A DNA stretch of 64,000 nucleotides from Octopus vulgaris (taxonomy: Eukaryota): the NCBI GenBank assembly GCA_951406725.2, contig OX597831.1:31868001-31932000 (forward strand). The letters run 5' to 3'. Positions 39,648 to 53,388 of this stretch are shown here, in pieces. Within the stretch, counting starts at the first letter, position 1, and each line of letters opens with the position of its first letter. Under the pieces are notes generated by a model, which was not told the DNA's origin, searched no databases, and saw only the letters and a list, made by a program, of their open reading frames with translations. The position numbers and the translations under genes were made by a program.

Positions 39648-39754
39648 GTTAATTGTAGGTGCACCAAAGTTCGAAGAAGACGGCAAGTGGTATGGAAAAA
39701 TATTTTCCTGTTCAGTACGGCAGAACAATTCTTGCCAACCAATTGATGTTAAAT
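39648..39754 (+). CDS. Integrin alpha exon (FG-GAP 1): LIVGAPKFEEDGKWYGKIFSCSVRQNNSCQPIDVK
   Basis: ttccag acceptor, gtaagc donor, phase 2 to 1. LIVGAP..G.I..C...C is the integrin alpha blade-1 signature. Confidence 0.9.
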
Positions 39755-40408
39755 GTAAGCAGCTTCATTTTATCTGATTTAAGATTTTTCACAGCAAGTA
39801 ATTATATATAATTATACACACACACACAATACACACATGTGTATGTATATATATACATACACATACACAATACAAAATTCAAGGGGGATTCCTAAAGTTT
39901 GTGATGCACATGTGTATGTTCCTACACTAAACATTTTGCCAAATGTTTCTCCATGAAACCTCAATTCTGTGGGACTTCTTCCTTGCCTACCTTTTTTTGA
40001 CAGACACACAGACTTGCAAAAGTTCATATTTCCATGCTAGCTGTCAAGAGTTAGATGATTATGTATTATTGAAGCACTGTTATACAGCCACATGCCCTTT
40101 CTGCTATTAACCCTTAACTAATTTCAAGAATTTCATTCTATTCTTCTTTGAAATGTCAACCATTCATAGCGCAGCAATTTTTATGCAAAGTACAGAATTC
40201 TTTTATTCTTTTACTTGTTTCAGTCATTTGGCTGTGGCCATGCTGGAGTACCATCTTTAATCAAACAAATTAACCCCAGGACTTATTCTTTGTAAGCCTA
40301 GTTGTATTCTATCGGTCTCTTTTGTGAACTGCCAAGTTACAGGGACATAAGCACACCAACATTGGTTGTCAGGTGATAGTGGGGAGACAAATACAGACAC
40401 ACATACAT

Positions 40409-40888
40409 ATGATTGAAAGATAGTGACGTGTGTGTGTGTGTGTGATCATTTTAACATCCACTTTTCCATGTTTGCATGGGTCAGACAGAATTTGTCAAAG
40501 CAGATTTTCTTTGGCCAGACATGTTTTTGCAGAATATTGGATATGAATGACACTGCTTGTATGACAGTGATGTTCATTTACAACTATCATGTGACGTTAA
40601 GACAAGGAGACACAAACATTTACAAACTCACAACACTCACACACACAACACAACACACACACTCACACACAACACTCTCTTACACACACGCACACTGCAT
40701 TTCTTTTAGTTTCTATCTACCAAATCCATTTACAAAGCTTTGGTTGACCTGGAACTATAAAAGACACTTGCCCAAGGTACCACACAGTGAGACTGAACCC
40801 AGAGCCATGTAGTTTGGAAGCAAATTTCCTAACCACATGACACACCTGCACCAGTATACAGCATGAGTCTAAAGCAGCACCCAGTTTC

Positions 40889-40889
<1 letters not shown>
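40409..40889. repeat. Left arm of ~470-bp inverted duplication (right arm 43130-43594)
   Basis: Near-identical reverse complement, including non-repeat flank. Differences are mostly microsatellite length. Confidence 0.92.
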
Positions 40890-40952
<63 letters not shown>

Positions 40953-41048
40953 GAGAGAGAATACGAAACGAAGCAATAATTAACAATGAGAAGTGGATCA
41001 TTGGTGTTTTAAAGTCATTATTTATTAAGATGTGTGTGTGTGTGTGTG

Positions 41049-41089
<41 letters not shown>

Positions 41090-41959
41090 GACGGGCTTCT
41101 TTCAGTTTCTGTCTACCAAATCCACTCAGAAAGCTTTGGTTGGCCCAAGGCTACAGTAGAAGACACTTACCTAAGGTACAATGCAGTGGGAGTGAGCCTG
41201 GAACCATGTGTTTGGGAGGCAAGCTTCTTACTATACAACTACTCCTGTGCCTATATAAACTTTTCACACAGACAAACATATGCATGCACACATACACAAA
41301 CAAATACATACATTGAATCTTGTTTCAAGTAGTCAAGCTGAAATATGGAGTTACATGCTTTGCCCAGGTATACAAGTCAGTGGTATTAGCTGTAAGGTTT
41401 CAACTCTTTGCTGTGCTGCCTGGAGCTTGGAACATCACAACTACTTTTGAGTTTCTTCTATGGAAGAATTATGTATCACCACTTATATGCAAAATGTAGA
41501 ATATTAACCTTTCATGCAGGCATAAACTGAATGAAGTAATCCCATGAGAGGGCTCTTTAGTCTTGATAGCAAGGTGACCTCTACTGTGCTGGTGCTACAC
41601 AAAATGCATTCAGTACACTCTGCAATATGGTTAATGTTAGGAATGGTGCCCATCCACAGAAACCAGCCAAAACTGAGACACTGGAGCAAGATGTGATCCA
41701 ATAACTAAGGGAATCATATCAAATTGTCCATCCACTGCAGGAATAGAAAACAAATGTAAAATGATGACTGACATACACACATGATGGGCTTCATACAGTT
41801 TCTATCTATTTGCTATAACCCACTGCTGCAGTAGAAATCACTTGTCCAAGGTACCATGTTGTGGGACTCAGTAAAAAATGAAACACCTGTTTGAAAAGCA
41901 GATTTAAACTACACAGCCATGCTTGCACTTAGGATTTTTCAAAGCATATTTATACAAAC

Positions 41960-42110
41960 TTTATGTTAACTGAGCATAAGAGGCATTAGATGTTGTGTGC
42001 AAGAGAGATGAATACACTGGTATGGTCATGAGATGCATATGGACGAGAACAGAAGTGTAAAGGATGCAGTAGGGCATGTTGTGTAAAGGCGAGCATGAAG
42101 GCCAAGCAGT
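41960..42110 (+). mobile_element. Decayed RTE ORF 3' fragment
   Basis: ataagaggcattagatgttgtgtgcaagagaga..tggtatggtcatg matches 7140-7200. Confidence 0.65.
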
Positions 42111-42134
42111 AAGTGTGGAATGTAAGGTTTCTAT

Positions 42135-42420
42135 TTTTCTAGTGAAGGAAACGCTTAACAATTGACCGGCTGACTCCTATCTCTGTTGATAAATGGTGAG
42201 TTGACTCTTGCAGTATCCTGATGACGTCTTCAGCCTTGGCTTCAATTGTAGCCATTTTGGGATGACCAGATTTTTCTACAATGACTACTGGTCCTGTTGT
42301 TTCAAATTACTTGACAATTTAATGTATGTTTTTCATTGAAGTGGCTCAATATCAAATTCCTCAGCCAAAAAACACACCAGCAATGAGTGGTTTCCATTGC
42401 ATTTGTTGTAATGTTGTATG
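42135..42420 (-). mobile_element. Tc1/mariner transposase N-terminal HTH fragment (DUF4817-like)
   Basis: Minus strand FETTGPVVIVEKSGHPKMAT...LSTEIGVSRSIVKRFL resembles the FxxTGSV..SGRP..GVSRSTV pattern. Confidence 0.6.
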
Positions 42421-43129
42421 GCTGCATTGATTTATTGAAAGTGAATTCATGGATCAACTTGATGTAAATAACTTTCAAAACTATCAACGCTAACCTGCAA
42501 AACAATGAAGAAGAGTATGAGGAACAAGGCGAGCTGGTAGAAACGTTAGCACGTCAGGCGGAATGCTTAGCAGTATTTCATCTATCTTGACGTTCTGAGT
42601 TCAAATCCTGCCAAGGTCAACTTTGCCTTTCATCCTTTCAGGGACAATAAATTAAGTACCAGTTGCGTACTGGAGTCGATGTAATCGACTGGCCCCATCC
42701 CCCAAAATTTCGGGCCTTGTGCCTGGAGTAGGAAAAAAAAAAGAGTATTTTGAACAATTGCGTACCTGAATTTCCAGGACAGCCTATCGATATCAGCAGG
42801 GTGGCCATGTGTGTCTGTCCCCCTTTCCTGCAACTGGTTGATTGAAAGCACCGGATTGGCCATTCATATCCATTTCTCTGCTACATAAACTATTTTCCTG
42901 TTTGCATATTCTTGACTTCATTACATTTCATTACACTTTGTTTCAGCCTTCCAACTTGCTACTGCACTCATTAAAGCTTTCCCTCCTTCAATACAATTCT
43001 TCTCATTGCAAGAGGTCAGGTTGGGATATTAAAGAGTATTAACAACATGATACATGATCCAGATTTAGTAACTTTCAAAACCATCCATAATAACCTGCAA
43101 AACAACAACAAAGAAAGGCATCACTTCCC

Positions 43130-43594
43130 AGAAACTGGGTGCTGCTTTAGACTCATGCTGTATACTGGTGCAGGTGTGTCATGTGGTTAGGAAATTTGCT
43201 TCCAAACTACATGGCTCTGGGTTCAGTCTCACTGTGTGGTACCTTGGGCAAGTGTCTTTTATAGTTCCAGGTCAACCAAAGCTTTGTAAATGGATTTGGT
43301 AGATAGAAACTAAAAGAAATGCAGTGTGCGTGTGTGTAAGAGAGTGTTGTGTGTGTTGTGTTGTGTGTGTGAGTGTTGTGAGTTTGTAAATGTTTGTGTC
43401 TCCTTGTCTTAACGTCACATGATAGTTGTAAATGAACGTCACTGTCATACAAGCAGTGTCATTCATATCCAATATTCTGCAAAAACATGTCTGGCCAAAG
43501 AAAATCTGCTTTGACAAATTCTGTCTGACCCATGCAAACATGGAAAAGTGGATGTTAAAATGATCACACACACACGTCACTATCTTTCAATCAT
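43130..43594. repeat. Right arm of inverted duplication
   Basis: Reverse complement of 40409-40889. Confidence 0.92.
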
Positions 43595-45687
43595 TAGCTA
43601 TTTGTGGCGTTTGCATAACTATCAACCTGTCCATTACTCTTGTTTCTCACAATCTTCCTAGTTACCATTCTCTGATTAACCACCTCACTTGTTTTCCCTC
43701 TTTATCTCTATCTAATCCCCTTTTTAAAAGTCACCTGCTAACACACTGTCTTTTTCTCACTTTTCATTCTTGACTCTCCCTCTCCTTCCTCTTCTCTATC
43801 ACTTCCTGTTTTTCATTCACTCACTACTTACACATTACTGTAACCTGAAACAGACTCTTTTATTAGCTATTTTCAGTTTGTCTGCCTCTCCATAACTGCA
43901 CTCCCCACAAATACATCAATGTCAATACTAAACATCTGACCTCTACTGATATATATGTCACCATTTATTTCCACTCTAAAGCATCTTTCTTTCTGAATGA
44001 ATTTCTTTTAAACTAATGACACATGTTGACAAATGCAATATGAACTTAATTACACTCATAAACTTCAATTAAATGTTCAAAATCAACCATGATCAAATAA
44101 AAGTGCTTGAGGGAAAACTGTTATATGGTTGGAAGCCTTTCCTGGCCCCTGGGGAAATAGATTTTTAATTGACAATGTATGCGCTGTGAATTAAGTTTGT
44201 GCTGTGATATTTGTATAAGATCCTTCTCTCTGCAGAATCTTACTTTAGTAATATGTCTGACTAACTAATGGGACGCATTCTAGCCTCTGCTTCACAGGCA
44301 TGATGTCTCTCCCTCTGTCTTTTCTATGACTGCTACATTGGTCTCTATTCCTTGGAGCTTGATGATCTTGTACCTTTAACACACAGGCACCCTTGACCCA
44401 ATGGCCTTTCCTCCTCTTCTCATTCTTGGTACATCCTAACCCCTCAGGATCATACACACAAATTCACTATGCCCAGTTCTTTCACTCCACTACATCAGCA
44501 CCCTCTAGAATCTTGTCCTTGTTACCTCCAGGTGGAGGTAGTGTTTTCAGTTGTGTTTGTTTGTTTATCCGTGGACAAAATATCTCAAGAACTGCTGGAT
44601 GGATTTGGATGAAACTTTCAGGGATGTTTAGCCTCATGACTGACATGAATCATTTAGATTTTGGGATTGATCTGGTACCAGACAAAGATTCTGGATTATT
44701 ATTCCTGTTTTTTTAATTAATTTTTGAGAGCAGTCAGGCTAATTTTTAGTACTCTCATTTGTGAGAGCAGTCAAGTTTATTTCAGATATTCTCATTTTAA
44801 AAATCATCTCTGGCTAATCATTGAGAGGACATTGGTATTGCCTTGGCAGAGGTTTGCTCTTGTCCAAGTTTTATTTGCAATATTTTCAATAAAACATAAC
44901 AGCATTAAAATCATTGGTCTCCAAGAGCTGCAAACTCATGGACACTGTCCTTTCCTCTACACACAACATATAAAACCAAAAATCAAAATTTATATACCCC
45001 TATCTACATTTTCTTTTACTATTGCATATTTCAATGGAAATCTGGTAACAAAAGGGTTAATTCCAAAGGTGTCCATGGACTTGGTTGTTGGGAATTGGAA
45101 TCTGGTATTTAGGGACTGTTCTTTATTAAATACTGACAACTTATCCACTGTAAGATATGTCTCTCACTCATTTCCATTTAATACTTCTGAAACAAGACAT
45201 TTATTTTGAGACTTAGCATTCTTTGAATTCTGTCTCAAATGAATAAAGGATGCCTTGAGAAAGTTCAGGTTATTTGTCAAAGAAATATTTTTCAAACTCC
45301 AAAAGCTGTCAATGGCTGATTCATAGCTCCAGGTTTATAACATCAATCTGTTGTCATATTTCTGTTGAGATACATATGCTGCCTTTGTTTCAATTAATTT
45401 TGAAAATAATGAAGAATCTAAGAAAATAATTTTGCCCATATTAAGTTGGTGTTTGGAACAAAAATTAACATGAAATTTTTATGAAAGATGATGCCACCCA
45501 GTACACTATGTAAAATGGTTAGCATTAGGAAAGGCATCTAGCTGTAGAAATCATGCCCAAGCAGACAACTGGAGCCTGGTGCAGTCCTCTGGCTCACCAG
45601 CTCCTGTCAAACCATCCAACCCATACCAGCCTGGAAGACAGACGTTATAACATGATGATGATGATTACTTTAAAACAAGCAGTTTAT

Positions 45688-45725
<38 letters not shown>

Positions 45726-46952
45726 AATTATTGTATACAGTGCTCAGGTGCACCACAACTTGTCAAAAGTGTGCATAAAGCATATGCAGTAATGTACAAA
45801 TGTCTGGAAAGTGAACAGTGTATGAGTGAGATACATGCTTGCATGTGTATGGAGGGGAGAAAATCAGGTGTAGTGTTGGATCACAGAATAAGGGTGATTT
45901 CAGGTGGGTTGGTATTAAAACAGTTAAATAAATGACTCTCCACCACCACCACCACCTGGATGGTTTGCCAATGTATCTCTCAGCATTTTCAGACAATCTA
46001 ATGGTAAGCTATAACTAACAGTGAACTAAGGTGCACAGAATTAAAAGCCTCGTAACTGCTGAAGTAGACAATGAAAAGATCTTCATGTATTTGAACTGAA
46101 GATTTCTAAGGAGATGATAATCCAATAACATGTTTACTCAGAAGATTCATTTGTTTCCAGACAAATACATGAATGGCAGGTCAAAGTAGAATCTATTAGC
46201 TTGAAAGAAGTGTAAGGTTTGTGGATTTTCAATTAACCTCCTCCATAGCAGCTTAATATCCTTCAAATCACACACTGCTATATTCAAATAAGAGGATACA
46301 TTAGACAAATGTAGTAATATATGTCTTTAAAAAAATGGGATAGTCATGGCTGGAATATTTTTTATCATAGGCTTTCTCAATTAAAACTGACCTGAGATTA
46401 ACTAAAAACAACAAAATCTGGAGTTATATTGATAACTGCTCCAGCTGGCCTAGCCACAAAAGTTAATGTTGTTTTTTCCTTTTTAAATCACTGAAGTCAA
46501 TTGCTCGGAGATGCCATCTGCATGAAAAGACTACTTAAGTTATTGTTTACAAATTTAACATGGTGAACATCAAAAATCCAATTAGAAACAGTAGCATGTG
46601 GTGGGGAAAAGACAACCATAGCCTAATTTATTGTATTTTATTTCAGATTTGCTGAAAAGGTTTAATAAAACTGAAACATGCATAGCATTAGTTTATCTTG
46701 TCGAAACAAATATTTGTTAAATAGCTGATATTTTTTACTCATTGCCTAAGTTTTTTTTAATTAACAATACTTGTACGTAATTGAGCTTTTGATGTTAGTT
46801 ATATTAAATATGCTAACCTAACTTACTGGTTAATGCTTTATATCTCTTCGTACTTCATTGTGTGAAATCACCAAGATACTTTTCAAATAGTTTGCCCCAC
46901 CTAGCTGGCTTGAGGGATTCAAACTCTGACATACTTATATCTCTCATTACAG

Positions 46953-47041
46953 TTAAATCTAAGGATGGTACTAGTTATCTTACAAATGGCACCTGGATTG
47001 GTGGAACAATTGATACAAATGAACAGAAAAATAAAGTCATG
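46953..47041 (+). CDS. Integrin alpha exon: (F)KSKDGTSYLTNGTWIGGTIDTNEQKNKVM
   Basis: ctcattacag acceptor, gtaaga donor, phase 1 to 0. WIGGTI corresponds to the WLG motif of blade 2. Confidence 0.85.
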
Positions 47042-47099
47042 GTAAGAGTATAATTTTTTATTTTTACACATTTTCTATTGATTCAGACTAAAATGTATT

Positions 47100-47362
47100 T
47101 TACTTTTTTAATCACTAACATGGTTATCTACCACCTTTCCAACAATAACCTTGGGCACTTTTTTGAATTCCATATGACAAACACTTGCAAACATGCTTAT
47201 ACAATCAAAAAACAACACAGCACCCATGACTTTCAGAAACATTTTTTCATGCTCAAAATTGCTGAAGCATGGAATAAACTACTAGCATTATTTGTTAGCT
47301 GTCGTGACACTACATCTTTCAAAACTTCCGTGCTTCCTGAAATCTGCCAACAGTACACCTGA
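47100..47362 (+). mobile_element. CR1/L2-type LINE 3' fragment
   Basis: QKHFFMLKIAEAWNKL..SFK resembles the R..FF..R....WN.LP...FK C-terminal motif. Confidence 0.65.
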
Positions 47363-47783
47363 TGGCCCCCTTTTATTTACTTTTTTTTTTTTTAGTTGTA
47401 GTGCACATTCATTGTTTCTGCAAGAAAAGGGTCAGACTGGTGAGGTTTGTGGTTAGATGTTAACCATTTGCCTGTCCTGCATATCCATTCTGATACACAG
47501 GACATATTTCCCTGGCATCCATACATTTGAAATCTTTCTTTTCAACTACCAGAATAACTTGGGACTTATGAAGGGAAAGTTTTATGTTACTCTGAACATG
47601 AAACAAGGCTTTGCAACAATGTCTGAAAACAAGCATGGATGTGTAGGGCAAACTTATAAAAATGCTTTGGACAGGTAAAAGATTAAAGACGAGAGTGGCT
47701 GTATGATTTGTATGCATATAAGAAGTAAGATGAGGGGATTCAACCACATACCTTACAATTAAGGAACACCAATACAAATGCTT

Positions 47784-48000
47784 TTAACCCTTTTAATACC
47801 ATCCTGGCTGAAACCACCTCTGATTCTGTAGTACAAATGTCTTGCTTTCAAAAGCTCTGAATTAAAATCTCCCACCAAACCTTAGTCCTAACACTAGCTT
47901 AATGATAACTAAGTTATTTTACTAAATTTTTTGTTGTATTTAAAATTAATTAAAAGAAACACAGAGCATCTCAACAGAAATATGGTAATGAAAGGGTTAA
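47784..48000. mobile_element. piggyBac-type MITE, third copy
   Basis: TTAA-CCCTT...AAGGG-TTAA, homologous to 25025-25252. Confidence 0.85.
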
Positions 48001-48424
48001 ATGAGTTACAACTCTGGTGTGTGTATATGGTGTAGGTATAGACTTGGCAGATGGAATGATTGAAATACTTAAGACCAAGTAATAGAATAATGAGATGTAG
48101 AGTAGAGATAGGATATGTGACATGACAGAATCTTTGATTTCAGTTCATGAGTTTTCTCTGAGTAAAAGGATGTAATTGACAAAACCACAGTTCAGGCTTC
48201 TTCAAAAATTCCTGACTTATACATTTTCATTCATCATTACCATTTGACATCTCATTATACATTATATATGAAGGTATGTGGCTAAGTAGTTAGGAGATTA
48301 GGCTCATGATCACAAAGTTTTGAGTTTGATTTTAGCTGCGCAGTTTTAAAATAGCAACTTGGACTACCAACTTTTAAATCTTTGGTTAAACCCATTGTAA
48401 ATGCATTATTGTACCTTTGGAAAA

Positions 48425-48640
48425 GGCAGTGAGCTGGCAGAAACGTTAGCACGCTGGGCGAAATGCTTCGTGGTATTTCATCTGTCTTTACGTTCTGAGT
48501 TCAAATTCCGCCAAGGTTGATTTTGCCTTTCATCCTTCCAGGGTTGATGAATTAAGTACCAGTTGCCCACTGGGGTTGATCCAATCGACTGGGCCCCTCT
48601 CCCAAAATTTCAGGCCTTGTAACTAGAGTAGAAAAGATTA
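48425..48640 (+). mobile_element. Meta-like SINE with TSD
   Basis: Full head-to-tail copy flanked by attattgtacctttgga on both sides. Confidence 0.85.
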
Positions 48641-49382
48641 TTGTACCTTTGGAGAAGACAATTCTGCATATTTCCACTCCCATAGCTGTTTGGAATAACC
48701 ACAAAATCAACTGGGAATGGTACATGCAAAATAGTCTGGCATTCTGTTGAAGTCGTGTGTGTATGTATGTAGATGTTTATTGTATAAAAATAATTCTACT
48801 ATAGGCACAAGGCCTGAAATATTAGAGGTGGGGGCTGGTTGATTACATTGACCCCAATGTTTAACTGGTATTTATTTTATCGACTCCTGAAAGGATGAAA
48901 GACAAATTCAACCATGCCAGAATTTGAACTCAGAATGTAAAGATGGACAAAATGCTACTAAACATTTTGTCCAGCATGCTAACAATTCTGCCAACTTGCT
49001 GCCTAAAAAAAATGTTTTTTAAATTGACAGTCCTCTAAAGTTTCACCTAGACAATAAAGGAGTCTATAGAATTTATTTAAGGTAAGAAAGATAATAGAAA
49101 ATCGTGGTTCTTTCATTGCAGTCATCGTTGTAATCAAATGTCAGGAGAAATTCAAGAAGACTATCATTTTTTGATATAATAAACATACCTTACTCTTGTC
49201 CAAGTATTAAGTTCTATATCAGATAATGCTTGCATCATGCTTTATACTTGCACATATTTTACAACACTTATATAATGATGATCACCATCATGAAGATGGA
49301 TAGATACAGATTGATTGATTGATTGATCCATCTTTAGCTACATAATACTAATTTAAAAACACAAATGGAAACTTTTTTGCAG

Positions 49383-49565
49383 ATATGTGCCCATAGATAT
49401 AAAATTCTAATATCACGGTTACCAAGGATGACAGGTATTTGTCTTGAGATGTCCGACCCAATTGGTCAAGTCACAAGAATGCTGGAGTGCCGAGAAGATC
49501 AGAAAAGAAATGGTGTTTACTACTATGGTGTTGCTCAATTAGGTACATCAATGAAATATTCTAAG
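49383..49565 (+). CDS. Integrin alpha exon: ICAHRYKILISRLPRMTGICLEMSDPIGQVTRMLECREDQKRNGVYYYGVAQLGTSMKYSK
   Basis: ttttgcag acceptor, gtaaga donor, 183 nt, phase 0 to 0. Contains CAHRY, GxC and QxGxS motifs. Confidence 0.93.
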
Positions 49566-49942
49566 GTAAGATTCTTCATGGATATTTTTTTAGTTCCAGC
49601 TATGATGACATATGTATTCTGGCTGTAAATTCCAAGAATGAAAGTTTTCTTCATGTCCGCATCTTAAATTCATTATGGTGGAATTTAAAAATAGGCCACT
49701 GGACACACTGCAATTCATTGACATCTCTATTACGTCTATTTGACATTTCTTTATTGGAATGTTGGTTATCTCCCCTGTGTTTTTCTTTTTGTCTTCTTCC
49801 TTATGAGCATTACTTGTTCAAACGTCATCTGCCTAAAAAGCTATTAACAAACAGTCTAGCTCTCAGCTTGAAAAATGGGGAAATACAATAAATTAATGTT
49901 TCAGCCAGGAAAGCCTGGGTAGCCATATTTTACAAGACTTGT

Positions 49943-49992
<50 letters not shown>

Positions 49993-50119
49993 AATCTATC
50001 ATCACTGATTAGAAAAAAAAACCTTTAGTCGAAAGGACCAATGAAAAGAAGCCAATTTCAAATGTGTATCCATCAATGTAAATTGTATATTTTATACATA
50101 CAAACTTTATTTTGTTCAT

Positions 50120-50500
50120 GGAGGCGCAATGGCCCAGTGGTTAGGGCAGTGGACTCGCGGTCATAGGATCGTGGTTTCGATTCCCAGACCGGGCATTGTG
50201 AGTGTTTATTGAGCGAAAACACCTAAAGCTCCACGAGGCTCCAGCAGGGATGGTGGTGATCCCTGCTGTACTCTTTCACCACAACTTTCTCTCACTCTTA
50301 CTTCCTGTTTCTGTTGTATCTGTATTTGAAAGGGCCGGCCTTGTCACTCTCTGTGTCACGCTGAATATCCCCGAGAACTATGTTAAGGGTACACGTGTCT
50401 GTGGAGTGCTCAACCACTTACACGTTAATTTCATGAGCAGGCTGTTCCGTTGATCGGATCAACCGGAACCCTCGTCGTCGTAACCGACGGAGTGCTTCCA
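50120..50500 (+). mobile_element. Full-length tRNA-derived SINE with 12-bp TSD
   Basis: A box tggcccagtgg, B box ggtttcgattccc, TSD tattttgttcat at 50108-50119 and 50501-50512. Confidence 0.92.
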
Positions 50501-50677
50501 TATTTTGTTCATTCCCAGTCTAAAAAACCCAACAAACAGGAACGTGTGACTCTGAGTTGCAGATTTTTGTGGTATTTTTGTGATGTTTTTACATCTTTAA
50601 CAATAATAAAATGTGTGTGTGTGTGTGTATAGCATTATTACTGCTACCCACAGTTGGCTTATCTTTGTATATTTTAG

Positions 50678-50726
50678 GACAACAAGACATTACTGTTTGG
50701 AACACCAGGACTTTATCAAGGCAAAG
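50678..50726 (+). CDS. Integrin alpha exon: DNKTLLFGTPGLYQGK(G)
   Basis: attttag acceptor, gtaagc donor, 49 nt, phase 0 to 1. Equivalent to LLLGAPGxYxWxG of blade 3. Confidence 0.9.
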
Positions 50727-53388
50727 GTAAGCAATGATCAATATCCCATTTAACATCAGCACTCTGCCTGCCCCTTGGTTACCCTTAGCACAGTCATAAG
50801 GATTTGGACCCCAACACCCCAGTTCCTTCCCTACACCTTTTTTCTCAACTTTGAGCATCACCCACATCAAGCTCATCTGCCTGTGTGGTTAAGGTGCTGG
50901 ACAACTGAACACTAGCTGGTCATAAGTTCAAACCCATTTGTTTTTTTGCTTTTTAATAAAAGTCATCAAATTTGCTGTCCTGTTTCCTGAATTGGTGAAG
51001 TTGATGTTAATGTTCAGTTTGAACATATCAGTCAGTTTGGTGCCAGAAGAAAGAGAATTGGTTAGGAAAAAACTTTATAGAGTTACAAATCTTGGATGAA
51101 AGGACTGGGTGATGGGGGAAGTGAGGTGAGATAATAAGAGTGATGGCAAGAAGAGAGCTAAGTTGGAGAAGTGGACTTGGGTGGAGAAGGTATGTTGATG
51201 GTTATTTAGAGAAACAGAAGCAGAGAGAGAAAATAAAATGTCTACGAAGTTAAATCAGGCAGTAGTTAATATTTTAGCTATTGCACTGTACTTTTCCAGG
51301 AGAGGTGAGAAGCAAGGTACACAACTCTGCTTTCTTCAGCTAAATGAATGTATTGCATATTTAAGGAATTGAGGATTTGAATTAAAAAAAACAAAACTGA
51401 AGGAGAATAAAATAAAAGTAGTGAGAAGAAAATATGTGGAAATTTTTCTGGCAAATGAGAGAGACAACTGTGGATATATTTTTACTTTTAATGGCTGATA
51501 GTTTGCTTAATTGACAAAAAGTTTTTATTTCACACTTCAGTGATTATCTGTGCATTCAACTGCAAACAACAACAACAAAAAAAACTATTCAAAGGATTCC
51601 AAATACACATATTTCAAATCGTCCCATGTAATGCTGGCAGAGAAAGTTCTATACAGACCAAATAGATTACACAAGAGAGTGATAATGATTCTTGACTGTG
51701 ACACAAACAAGATCTCCATCTCACAAGAGAAGTTTAATTAAATCTGTCTAAAAATTCTCTATAGGCACAGGAGTGGCTGTGTAGTAAGAAGCTTTCTTCC
51801 CAACCACATGGTTCTGAGTTCAGCCCCACTGCATGACACTTTGGGCAAGTGTCTTCTACTATAGCCTTCGGCCGACCAAAGCCCTTTGAGTGGATTTGGT
51901 GGACAGAAACTGAAAGAAGCTTGTCGTGTGTATTATGATGTTCTATTTATGGATCTCTGGGTCCATTCGTATGAAACAATTATATAGGAATATGAAAAAT
52001 AAACACTAATCCATTTTAACATCCAATCTCTTTCATTTCATAAATATGAACGAATTTGTTGAACTTTGTTTAATAAGTTACATCATATACTGATTATTTC
52101 TATAGAAGTTTTCATACTTATACGAATTTTTTTTATTTATTTGGAAGCAAAGTATGAAGAAAAGAGAAATCTAAGGAAAAAATTCCAATTATAGGATGAA
52201 CATACATTCATCCGATAAAATATATATATGTGTATATATTTGTGTGTCTGTGTTTGTCTACCCACCATCATTTGACACCCGGCGTTGGTATGTTTACGTC
52301 CAACATAACTTAGAAGTTCAGGAAAAGGGACTGGTAGTATAAATACTAGACTTACAAAGAATAAGTCCTAGCATCAATTTGTTCGACTAAAGGCAGTACT
52401 CTAGCAAGGCCACAGTCAAATGACTGAAACAAGTAAAAAATAAAAGAATATATTTACTTAGAGAGGCTGGATCTGGCCACTTTGAGTATAAAACAGGTAG
52501 AATATTTGGGCCTGATATGAGCAGTTCAAATGCTAATGGGTTAATTTACTGGCCATAGAGACATCAATGTAAAGTCCATCTGCATTTCATGTACTCAGGA
52601 AAAGGCACTCTTATAAAGTTCATCCCTTTTAAACTCAAAGAATGTCAAACCACATGGTACCTAATTACATGAGTCACCTGGAAATATACAACATTATCTT
52701 TGGTTTCAACCTTCTACATTATGGGTTCAAATCACACTGATGGGAAGAGTCAATCAAATGAATACCAATAACATATTGGAATCTAATCAATCAACAATTA
52801 CCCTCTTCTTAAACAATAAACCTGGTGTCTAAATAACAGATTGCTATTATTGATAGATGTCTATTCTGGGTCCAAGTGGACTTCTTTTTTATGAATTTAT
52901 AACTGAGTGAGAGAGGTGGGAAAACAATATATTTATAAGAAGCAGAGGAACTTTAACACTCACCCTCCAAATCAAACCATCTAGTTGTAACTGGTTACAT
53001 CATTGATGTTTCTTCAACCTCTTCTTTTGAAACCGTCCTCTTAATTTGATTACTTTTGGGATAAATAGCTTTCTGTCTTTAAGAATTATCTAAGAACAGA
53101 ATTATATTAAGTTTACCTTTCTGAAAGAAATATAGCTCCAGCTTCCAGAAGTCTGGGAGTACTATGCAATATTGTGCAATATGCTGTATTGTGTATTGAG
53201 TAAACAGACCCTGTTTTGGAAGTTAGTTAATCTGCATACGGTGTGTTAAAGAAGTGTGCATATGGCATGCTAAGAAAAATTGATGAAAAATTGATCATAT
53301 TCTGCTTTAGAAGTGTATTAATTTGTAGCTGTATTAATTTCTTGTTGTATCTGTTAAAACCATGTTCTTTCATTTAACATTCATCTTA

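Noticed and set aside
46647-46679. Possible 33-nt in-frame integrin micro-exon after a good acceptor (ttttatttcag)
   Set aside because: It would need a weak GC donor (gcatag). The GT donor at +13 breaks the frame, and flanking exons already join in frame.
50120-50195. tRNA gene
   Set aside because: It is the tRNA-derived head of a TSD-flanked SINE, with no complete acceptor stem or oligo-T terminator.
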